From Macrostomum lignano (Eukaryota), in the NCBI GenBank assembly GCA_002269645.1, contig NIVC01001982.1:124001-188000 (forward strand): a stretch of 64,000 bases of DNA. The letters are read 5' to 3'. Positions 50,346-61,062 of this stretch are shown here, one piece after another. The position numbers and the translations under genes were made by a program. Every line of letters starts with the position of its first letter. Within the stretch, counting starts at the first letter, position 1. A model generated the notes under the pieces. The model saw only the letters and a list, made by a program, of their open reading frames with translations. It was not told where the DNA came from and made no database searches.

Positions 50346-51592
50346 TAAAAAAAGTCTGCGGCCATTGCCCGCATCGGTCGCCTTTATTGCCAAGTGCTAC
50401 CGCTACGAAATTGCCTCTGCCGTATTTGTCTTCGTGATTATTTTCGAGGCCGCCACTTTATCGTCACAGTGGCCTGCATGTGCCAGCTGGAGCACCGTCC
50501 GACGTAAGCTGCTCGGGATCACGATCAACGAGCTCCGTAGTAGCACGCCGTCATGTTCTGAAAGCTCCTGCTGCAGGCAGGACAAGGACTGAAGTTCTCT
50601 GTTCTGCTTGTCCCATTGACCAGTTCGTAGAGCTGATAGAGCTGCTTGGATTGTGCCGTCTGACTTTGAAGCGTCCTGAATCGTTGCAAAGTTCAGTCCT
50701 TTCGGAGTAGAGCTGATGGCGACTGCGTTGATGAAGCGTCTGTCCAGGAGTTCCCCGGGGTTGTCCTTTGTCTGCATTTCAGGTTGTCTACTGAGGACAT
50801 CCGCTGGATTCTGTGGCCCCGGCTGGTACATGGTAGATAAGCTTGAATTTGCGGTGGTGCTGCACTCTTAAAGCCACCCGTTCAATCCTTGGTGGAGGCC
50901 TGGAACCAGGTTGAAAAAGCGAGACTAATGGGCGGTGATCAGTGATGACTGTGAGATCTGGGCAGCCGCTGAGGTAGTGCTCGAAACGTAGGCACCCGAA
51001 TTTCACCGCAAGCGCCTCGCGTTCAATTTGGGCGTATCGCTGCTCAACTGGCGTGAGCGACCTGCTGGCGAAGGCGACCGGTTTGCGAACGCCTTTTCCG
51101 TCCACCTGGCTGAGAATGGCTCCCAGACCGACTGGCGAGGCGTCCACGTGAACTTCTGTTGGGAGATTCACGTCAAAGAAGGCCAGGACGCTCTCCTTGC
51201 AGATCGCTGCTCTTGTTTGCAGGAATGCTTCTTGTTGCCTTTCTGACCAGCACCATTTATGACCCTTTTTTAGCAGTTCTCGCATTGGCTGCGTCAGATC
51301 TGAGAAGTTCGGAACGAACCTGGACAGGTAGGAGGCCAAACCGAGGAATGAGCGCAGCTCTGACACATTTGTTGGCTCCTTAAAGTCTTCGAGGGCCTTG
51401 ATCTTCTTGGCTGCAGGCTGGACGCCTCGTGCGCTGATGCACATACCAAGAAAATCGATGAAAGGCTGCGCCAGACGACACTTGTTCGGGTTCAAGTGTG
51501 ATTCCATGGTCTTATAGGCGCTTGAAGCACTGTTTTAGTCGGATGTTGTGCTCTTCCATCGTGCTCGCAAAGACGGTGATGTCATCGTGTGC
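50346..51592 (-). mobile_element. Inverted fragment of a second Gypsy pol (RT end, RNase H, integrase zinc-finger start)
   Basis: HDDITVFASTMEEH; LNPNKC...FLG; ELRSFLGLASY; DASPVGLGAILSQ; SRSLTPVEQRYAQIEREAL; TDHRPL; NPADVLSR; VIPSSLR..VL.LAH.GH. Confidence 0.9.
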
Positions 51593-53301
51593 CCATCGGA
51601 CACCGTCAAGACCGCGAGGCAATTACAGCGCCTATCCGAAACCAGCGAGGAGGACGCACGCATCGTGCACTGGACAGGCGGAGCTGTCCTTCCCTGGCGC
51701 GAACTGGCCGATGAAACCTTAAAAGAGCGCCTACTGGTTGAAATTGCGACCCGCATCGTGAAAAACTGCTGGTCCCAACTGCTCTCCGGCTGAACGCCCA
51801 TTCAAAGCTATTCGTCATGCTCTCGCTACCAACGAAGGCGTGATCTGTTATGGGGACCGGACAGTCATCCCAACCTCACTACGGAGGCGAGTACTCGCGC
51901 TGGTGCACAACGACACTCATCAGGGCGCAAATTCAACCCGGTCCCAGTTTCGCAACTCGGCATGGTGGCCAGGCTACTGTGGTGACGTGGAGTCGTTTGC
52001 CCGTGCCTGTTCAACATGCGCCAGGCTGCATCCGAGAGGTCACAGCACCGTGCACCGCTGGCCACAATTGAGAACGGTCCATGGTGCCGCGTTCATATGG
52101 ATCACGCACACGTGCCAGGAGTCGGTCTCATCCTGATTCTCGTGGACGCCATGTCGGGCTGGCCAGAAGCCGTGCGAGTTCCAGATAGAATCGCAGCAAC
52201 CGTTGAGCGCGTGCTCCAGGACGTTTTCTCTCGCAACGGAGTCCCAGACGTGCTGGTAAGCGGCAACGCGGCAGAATTCCATGATGCTGAACTGACCGGC
52301 TGGCTCGAAAGAATCGGTTGCTGCCCTATCAAGACCCCGCCACTGCATCCTCAGTCGAACGGCATCGCGGAACGAATGGTTCAATCTATCAAGAAGGCCT
52401 CTCTAGGCTATGGGATCATCGGGAAACGTACAAGAGCTTCCTGGCCAGGCTTCTACTAAACTACCGCTGCATCCCGCATGCAAGACGTCCGCACAGCCCA
52501 TCGGAGCTGATGGGTCGGCAGCTGCGAAATCCCATTACCATGCGCACGCCGACCGGATCGGGCATCTGGTACGTCCCCGCCGCCGGACTGCCCCCTGAAA
52601 AGGCGGAGTTTCTTCTGCAGAAGGGCTCGAATACCGCCCTCATTCAACGAGGATCCGGGCGTCTCACATTGGCGCATCAGGATCATATCCAACCGTTGAT
52701 CAATCCCGAAGCGAGTCAATCGAGCACAAAAGAGGCAGAGAACAACGCTGCTGCTCCGTTACCAAGACATGACGGGGACGCTGTTGCTGGCCTGATCGGC
52801 GGCTCTGCTGAGCGGCACAGCGCGGACGGTGACGATGACGCGCACACTGAACAGGCAGCGGAGACGGCGCCGGATGTTGCGCTCGACCTGGCGTCGAACG
52901 CTGAACTCGACGCGACGCCGGAGCCACATCCGACTCACCCTGGTGGCATGTTAGGATGCTACCCCTCGCGCTCGAATAAGGGAGTGCCCCCTCTACGATT
53001 CGGAGGGGGAAGATGACGTGTTGGGAGGTTGTCACTGACTATTGACTGGCTAGCTATAAAACTGACTCACTTTGTGCCCTGCTCACCATGCCAAGCGTGC
53101 ACCCCACCCATGCGTACATCAATGCGTACATAGCGTACTTTCTACTCTAAATTTTATTAATAACTCAAATATCGTTTTCTGCCACTTCGTATTTAAATAA
53201 CGATATCCTTCTTTTCTTCGTAGTAAATTTATTACTCAGCAAATATATCAGTTCGCTGCATTATTGTTCAAACTAAAACAAGTCTTGTCTGCGTCGCTTC
53301 A
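51593..53301 (+). mobile_element. Gypsy 3' part: integrase, PPT, 3' LTR (53014-53301)
   Basis: LADETLKERLL; VIPTSLRRRVLALVHNDTHQG...WWPG...C..C; RVHMD...VDAMSGWPEA...GNAAEF...HPQSNGIAERMV. PPT GGAGGGGGAAGA (53002-53013), then TG...CA LTR whose 3' end resembles 46245-46375. Confidence 0.9.
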
Positions 53302-53479
53302 CCCTTCACACCTAGATTTATCAATACCGGGACCAATAATTTATAGTACGTTGTAAATGTATCTATAATTATTACTGAAATATTATATTACACAGTATTA
53401 TAGTAAACAATAAATTTAATAGAAATGTAAGTGTATTATTTTTATTTACAAGCTTGTGTATAAAAAAACTTTTGTTTGT

Positions 53480-55310
53480 TCCTTTATGTAGTTGCTCACG
53501 GCACATGCGTATCGATTGGCAGCAGCGGCATGTGTAGTGGGCTTCAGGGATGTGGGCCATCCTCAGTGGAGCTCCAGCTGCTGACTGCGGTTTCATAACG
53601 ATCGGCACAACTGCATCGGGCTGGTCACGGGCTCTTCCCTGATTGTTGGGTTCTCCAATAGGTAGTCGCGCTAGCCTGTCGCTGCAGTTGACGGGCATCT
53701 GCCTTACCGCCTTCGGCCGTCAGCAGCTTCTCAACGCTCTCAAAGAAGCAGTTGCCCAGGTGAGCAACGTCTCCCAAATTAGCAGTCTATAGGCTTGCAG
53801 AGAATGACTTAAGGACGGCGATGGCATCCACCTGCTTGTCTGCCAGCTTTTTTCGACGTATCCGCAGCTTGTCCTGGCGAACGACCTTCCGTGCTCGGGA
53901 TGCCTGCAACTGATTCCTTCGTCGTTGGTTTCGGTTTCGAAAATAAAGTAGGTTGATTTGCTGGTTAGGTTTGAGTGTGGGATCTCCTGGACGACTGGCT
54001 TCCGTCGTCAAATCAGTTTTGAAGCCTTGCGTCGGTGTCCGACTGCCAGCATGTCTCTGACCGCGGCACTGCAGGCGTCCCACACGGATGAGAACGGTGA
54101 GAAGTGTTCTGTTGAATTACGAGTATTTAAAAGCGTGAGTATTGTGCATCTAACTCATATAAATCTTGAAAGCTATAAAACTTATGACAAAATAGCAGAC
54201 TTAAAGGGAGAATAGAAGGCACGGGAAAAGATGAAGAGCAAATGATGAGACGAGAGATGAGAGGATAAGATCAGATCATGCAGAGGATGAGATGAGAGAG
54301 CAGTGGATGCAGAGGGTGAGATGAGAGACCAGAGGATGATAGGGTACGGTGGACATGTGAGTTGGGTGATATGCAAAGAGAGGGATGCAGAGAAGGTAAG
54401 AAGACATTGATCGGAATGCATATAATTGCTCAATTACTCATAATTAGCTATCTCGGCTTATAGGCCTACCTTTTGACTGGACTGAATCCGTCTCCATCCT
54501 CTCTCAGTCGGTCATGGGCTGAGTGTCACAGAGTCATCCATCATGCCCGGAGCTCTCGGACTGCTGGAAGTCGGATGAGTCGGGCTCACCTGTGGTGCGA
54601 CAGAGGAGAGGGAGACACGTTCCTGTCAGCAATTCGAGCAGATCCTTCCACGGACGGTCGGAAGCTGTCACAGGACCTGTCTTGAGCTGCTGCAGCTTCT
54701 CAAAGCCCAGGACCCGCTTGAAGCAATGCTCGACGGAGCAGCTCATTGTTTGGCAGACCCGATTAGATCGCTCCTGCCCCTGTCGGTGGCTGTTAGTCTC
54801 AGCACAGCCAGAATCGTCGGCTGCTGTTCCGGCTGAAGCTGGCACAGGAGCTTCGGGGAAGTACGTCAGCTTGTCGAAGGCCAGCGCGTCCGGGTTTCAG
54901 GGATAGATGCCGGTCTTACTGAATCCTGACTGGATGTTCTCCGCCGTTGATCTCTACTGTGTGCGACATCACGGAAAGAGACGCACGAACTGCAGCCTGC
55001 TGACTGTCTCGCTGACAGCCGCATGACGTGGTCGCTCGGCCAGGAGATCACGCCAACCACCCTTCACTGATCGAAACACAGCCAAGTCTAGCGGCTGCAT
55101 GACGTGGGTGGCATTGGGCACCAGGCCGTACAGCACGATCCGCTCTTCCCTCAGCAGCTCGAGAACTTCAATGGACAACCGGGACTCATGCAGGTCCGTG
55201 AAAAGAACAACCGACCGACGGATTTTCTCCTGTAGCAAAAAGGGAATGAAGGTTTTTCAATGAATTCTTGCAAAACGACTGCCATCATCCAGCCTGATGG
55301 AGACACTGAA
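53480..55310 (-). mobile_element. pogo/Tigger-like DDE_1 transposase pseudogene
   Basis: VVLFTDLHESRLS...IVLYGLVPNATHVMQPLDLAVFRSVKGGW; TAENIQSGFSKTGIYPLKP. Stops and frameshifts. The 5' part is replaced by a minisatellite. Confidence 0.8.
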
Positions 55311-55311
55311 T

Positions 55312-55600
55312 AGCGGAAGGAGCAGGGGGAGAGCGGAAGGAGCAGGGGGAGAGCGGAAGGAGCAGGGGGAGAGCGGAAGGAGCAGGGGGAGAGCGGAAGG
55401 AGCAGGGGGAGAGCGGAAGGAGCAGGGGGAGAGCGGAAGGAGCAGGGGGAGAGCGGAAGGAGCAGGGGGAGAGCGGAAGGAGCAGGGGGAGAGCGGAAGG
55501 AGCAGGGGAGAGCGGAAGGAGCAGGGGGAGAGCGGAAGGAGCAGGGGGAGAGCGGAAGGAGCAGGGGGAGAGCGGAAGGAGCAGGGGGAGAGCGGAAGGA
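55312..55600. repeat. 20-bp purine-rich minisatellite (AGCGGAAGGAGCAGGGGGAG)n, about 14 units
   Basis: Read directly. One 19-bp unit near 55505. Confidence 0.95.
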
Positions 55601-55821
55601 GAATGGAAGGAGTGCGGAAGAAATGGGCAGAAAGAAGAAGAAAGAACTCTTTTTTCTTATTTCTTTCTTTCTTTTTTCTAAGAAAGAAAACTTAACATTT
55701 TGTTAAAAGTATAACTATATGCAGTTTTATATTTAAGGATTCATAAAAAATTTTTTATCGAAACAACAAAAGTTAAAATTGCCAAATAAAATTGATTATG
55801 ATTCTATTTTTTATGCAATTA

Positions 55822-56115
<294 letters not shown>

Positions 56116-56265
56116 CTATATATGAATAAATCTAACAATGGATGCATTAATGAATGAGGAAACAAAAGAATAAGAGGACAGCTATCCAAACATTCCGAGA
56201 ACCAGAGAACAGAATAGAACCTGGCAAAGCATTGATGGCAGCAACTGAGCAAACTCTGTAGGTGG

Positions 56266-56480
56266 ATGAATCGGATGTTTTTGCCTCTTCTGTTGTGCTA
56301 CAGGCCGGATCACTACCCTGACTATCACAGTGAACGAGCCGAAGATGGCGTCAGTCAACTGGCCGGACTGACTTCGGACTCTGAGCGGGGGATCGCGTCA
56401 GGAGACTTAATCAGCCCGTCCCTATTGCACAGATTAATTCCCACCAGTCCCTCAAATAAGAAAGACACGCGACTGATCAC
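56266..56480 (+). mobile_element. Possible LINE apurinic-endonuclease fragment
   Basis: LLLCYRPD...GIASGDLISP loosely matches the APE motifs (V/C)YRPP...GDFNxP. Weak. Confidence 0.3.
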
Positions 56481-56639
56481 TCTGTTTCTTCCGGTAACAG
56501 CGGTGGCGGCAGCAGGGGTGGCTTCTCTCAATGTTCTCTCTTCAGTCTATAGAATAGACAGGTATCTGGATTGCAGTATTAGACTTATAGCTGTGACTTG
56601 CACAATTAAACCAAGGAAAGAGATGCCTCTCCTACTGCC

Positions 56640-57065
56640 GCTCCTGCATTTATTTATATTTGTACTAGCTGGTTAAGCCCTGGGGTATCGCTACCCCAGG
56701 CCCAGCTAGCCAAAATTACGATCGTCTTATCCAACAAGGAAAAAGTTACAAGTCGGGGTCGCGATTGGAGGGGAGAGGCAACAAACCGATTGGCTGGACC
56801 ACCAGCAAATTGCAGGGCGAGAGGGGGCGCACTGGGGCCGCAGCCAGCCAAAGCCAGCTGGCCTAACAGGCAGTGGGGCGATTGCAACTGGAGGGGGGTT
56901 GACGCAGACAGAATGGGGGATTTGACGCAAACAGAATGGCAAACAGGGTTGGCGCAGGCACGCGGCCGGGGGGGGCTGGAGTGCAGTGCCGGGCACACTT
57001 GACCGAGAGCCAGAGATTGCGAGCTCATCGGTGCAAGTGCACCCGGGCACAACACTTCTTTTCGA
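56640..57065. mobile_element. GC-rich repeat-like segment with terminal hairpin, unclassified
   Basis: Hairpin at 56665-56709. It shares the motif gcaagtgcacccgggcacaacac with 49250-49290. Confidence 0.4.
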
Positions 57066-57334
57066 CCATTTTGACTCCCAGAAGCCAATGCAGTCTACAG
57101 GTCCCCAGATTCACAACTTTGCCATTGGCAATGTTAATTAGAGCAGTTAGACAATGCAGCTAATTAGCTAACCAGTGTTGACACTCCACATTGTCCGAAG
57201 GAAAGCGATATACAGGTATTGGCATTGCAATTGCTTTTTGGATTAGACTCAATTCATGATGGGTTGATGGTCATTTCGTCAGCTGCCAGTTTGTCTGCCA
57301 TTCTTTTGTCTGCAAAAATACAATGTTGTCATTT

Positions 57335-57410
57335 TTCAGTTCGGCGACAAGCCAATTCAGCGACAACCGATTCGGCGACAAGTCAGTTCGGCGACAGCCA
57401 ATTGGGCGAA
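57335..57410. repeat. Short tandem ttcggcgaca repeats (subterminal-repeat-like)
   Basis: Four or five copies of (a)ttc(g/a)gcgaca. A related inverted motif occurs at about 59915-59957. Confidence 0.6.
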
Positions 57411-59974
57411 TGCTAAAGGCTAAAGCATTAAGCTACTACAACTCGTTGAATTTTAAATATCTATGCGTATACACTGCCATTCGCCCCTGTCATTCAATAT
57501 AGAAAAATTGTTTTAATAATGCCATATCGCACGTTTTCAAAAATGTGTGCGTATGCTTGGGGATACGCATGGCCATGTATACCAGTTACCCACCTGACCC
57601 AAAATACTGGGCCTAAATACTTTGATGGTTATGATGAGGACGCACTTTTTCCCAAATCCCGCGCTAGCACATGGGCTCTAAACTTACTTGCCTACTAACA
57701 GTGGGCAATGGGCACTTTTATCCTTTTTCTGCGAATTTTCATAGAATCTATACTAGATATAATGTCTGGCCATACTAGTAGTCATAATAACATAGGCGCA
57801 GCTTTTTGGGTCATAAATCATCGCTTTCAAAGTTGGTCTGACAGCCACCTGCGCCTCACTCAGTGTTGAAGCGGGCGCCAGATGGTCTGAGAGGATGCGG
57901 GCGGTAGCTTTTTTCTCATCATTTTGACAGGCCATCAAGATTTATGAGGTCAGCGCCTATTGTTCGTGTTCACTCAAGCGTGTGACAGCTTTGACAGCTA
58001 TGCGTTTTACCCCTAAAAGTACTTTGGGATTAGCGATTAGCGATTTCTCTTCATTATCTTCACTTTCTATTTAATAAGAGCTTTCTAATGTATATTTTTT
58101 TCATTAATTTCCGTCAATCCTACGCGAAAAGTCATAAATCATTTTGTTGCGATTTTGAGTGATTTATGGCCGCACCTGTCATCTTTTTACGACCCTGTGG
58201 GAACTGATAGGATCTCTCGGTCACGTGATTCTGGGTAGCAACAAGCTTAGCCAATCAGAAAATTCGGCGCTCATTTTAACAAAACGGCTCAGCCAATCAG
58301 AATCGACGTGTTTCATTATAACAAACTGCGGTCCAGTTGGCGGCTATTTAAACCGGAGTTTTTGGCCCGCTCGGACTCAACTTTGGCTCGGGCCCAGCGC
58401 GCAACTTCTGGTTCCCGGAGCACGACCGTCGTTTCTTGATCCCCGGATTGCGACTTCCCCCCCATCATCATCAAGGACGAGTCCCCCGGTCATCAGCAGC
58501 GAACATCAAGTTAAGAGCATCACCTGCTAGCTAACAGCGAAGATTGTGACAGCATCATCCCGAGTCTACAGCTGCAGAGCATCGAGCCGATTCGGTCACT
58601 GTGGATTACCTGGTCTCCGGCTGTTGAGTTTCTGATTGGTTGGGTGAGAGGCTACCTAGACTTGCTTGATTGGGTGATCCCTTTTCTGTCCCCTGTTGCA
58701 GTAGCTGAATTAGGCGCACACTTTTGCTCATTTTGTTCAGTAGTGCTGTTGCTGAGGCAGGAATCATTCAATAATACTGCTAGTAGTCTAAGACTCCAAC
58801 AATCTGAAGTGTGAAGTGAACTAAGGAGAAGGATAAATCTAACAGTTATTTTTATCGGTTTTATTTCTTTGTTCGCCGATGGCTCAGATGAGTAGCTAAG
58901 CTAGTAGGCGCCGGTCACAGTGGACCAATGGCAAGGCAGTTCTCAGTCGATCAATCTATCAAATCAGTTAGCGAAACTGCCAGGAGTGCAGAATCGGCGC
59001 CAGAGATGTACCCTGTGCACTCTAGGTTAGCCAAGCGGCTCCGGTAAATGAATCATGCGGTCTCTGAAGTTCGAGTTAGTCTATCATCAGCGCTATGAGA
59101 GGCTAGTTGGCGCGTTGAAGGCCAAAAGTACATATCCTCGTATTTAGCAATGTAATAGTACATGTAGCTACCCCATAGACTCGCCACCGCAAGAATCCCC
59201 TGCACAAGTCCCCTCTGTACCTGCATGGCCAATGCGATCTAGTCCCAGCAGTGTCCCTTATCATCGGCTATGACTTCGAGATTGACAGCAAAAAGACACT
59301 AGTTGGCAGGTAAGTGCAAAGCCCCTTCTAGTCGGAAGCCCGATTTCGAGAGTCCCGGGTGGTGAGCCAGGGCGCACGGGCTGGTGGCAGCAAGTTAGTT
59401 GATCTGCGGATTAGCTAATTTCTACTTTCAAAATTCTCCCTGCTCGTCTCTCGCTGTCCCTCTCTTAGCTATAGGACCTAGACTGCTCGCCACACGATCA
59501 AGCTACCATGGGGCTGACCATCTGACAGGAGTGGGGGGCCAGCTAGGTCTCTAATTGATTTATTTCTGAGCCTGAGGCCCGAAGGCTTCCCTAACAAGGA
59601 GCCCGAAGGTCGAAACCCATCAGTTATTTAGGATTATTATTATATTTTAGATTTACTACACACGTACCATTAGGGTTAATATGATAATTCTTACGGTGTT
59701 AGAATTAGGTCACGTAGGTGTATCAATGCTTCGCGGCATTTGTCGAGAAAAAAATCGCCACTAAATTGCTAACGATCGCCAAAGATTCACTGGCGGCTTT
59801 CTGCTGGGAGGGACGTTGTTATTACTTGTTGCTTCTATCTCAACATTTGTTTTACTGAAATACGTTTGACATTTAAAACAGGCAAAAAGCGTGTGCACTT
59901 AACCTCGTCGGTCGAACTCAACTTTGTCGACGAATTGACTGTCGCCGAGTCTACCTGAATAAACTGGTTCCCAT

Positions 59975-60237
59975 TTTGTCTGCCACAAAGACTAAGTACG
60001 ATGCCAGCAGTAGGCCTTTATATAATATTGATATATTATATAATTTGCTTTACAAAGTTCTATGTAGCTTTACTTTTAATTTAAAAAAAAGTAATTTTAT
60101 AATAAAATTTTATTTTGTATTATTATTTATATTATTGTTTGGCAGGCTGAAAAATGAAAAATTAGATGTCACTAGATGTCAATGAAAATTTTCATTGACA
60201 TATAGGGATTCTAGGCCCTAGCTGCTGGCAGACAAAA
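59975..60237. repeat. Degenerate MITE-like segment with 26-bp perfect palindrome
   Basis: ttttgtctgcca ... tggcagacaaaa terminal inversion. Perfect palindrome atgtcaatgaaaattttcattgacat at 60176-60201. Confidence 0.55.
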
Positions 60238-60924
60238 AGGTGACAAAACAAACTAAATGATTGCAAACTGAATCATAGTGTGTTAATCAGCCAAAACCAT
60301 GTACTTTCTCATCATGGCTGGAAGATGCTCTTGCTAACTAAGCTCTTTATATTAACAAATACACATACATTGAATTTGAAATCAGCTAGCCCCCATATTT
60401 TTTACTCACTAAAGCCAAGTTTTCAGTCAATTTTGTGCTAGTGTATACTTTTGTTAACTACTTTTACTATTATTTGTGCCTGATAAAATGCTTATAATTA
60501 CCTTTACAATTCATACATATAAAATAGCCAATTAATAACCATGTTAAATTCGCGTGCAAACTAGAAACTAATTTTAGCCTTTGTTTTACTATGCAAAATA
60601 CTATGCGAAATATTATTGGTAATTATTTTTTTGTTATAAATGTAGCCATCTAGACAGAATATATATGAGCCAATTTTTGCCCAAATAAACCCAACTTGCT
60701 AAACTTGCTAACTTGCTGCTTGCTTTTAGTTCATTTGTTCTATATTCTTCGATAAACTTTGAAACCTTATTGAGTTAGTCATTTTAAGGAAAGAGGGAGT
60801 TACAGTGCTTAGAAAATTGCTAAGAGAAGGGATTCCGAGATATACAAAGGAAATTCAAAGAGTTGCGCTATGACCCTCTAATCCTGGTGAACACCCAACT
60901 AGGACAATCTAATAAGTTCATGTA

Positions 60925-61062
60925 CCAGTACTAGACCACTTAGGCAATACATAAGACGCTACCAGACTAGCCTAATACATAAGATGCTAACAGACTAATA
61001 TATAAGACGCTACTAGACTAAAACATAAAACACTATCAGACTAATACATAAAACGCTACTAG
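60925..61062. repeat. About 24-bp degenerate minisatellite (cagactaatacataagacgctact type)
   Basis: About 5 imperfect units, read directly. Confidence 0.7.

Noticed and set aside
55297-55695. GRSRGRAEGAGGERKEQGES repeat protein
   Set aside because: Translation of the 20-bp minisatellite.
59575-59640. Hammerhead-like relic ccCTAACAAggagcccgaaggtcGAAA
   Set aside because: The CUGANGA core has two substitutions, stem II is imperfect and no convincing stem I or III was found.
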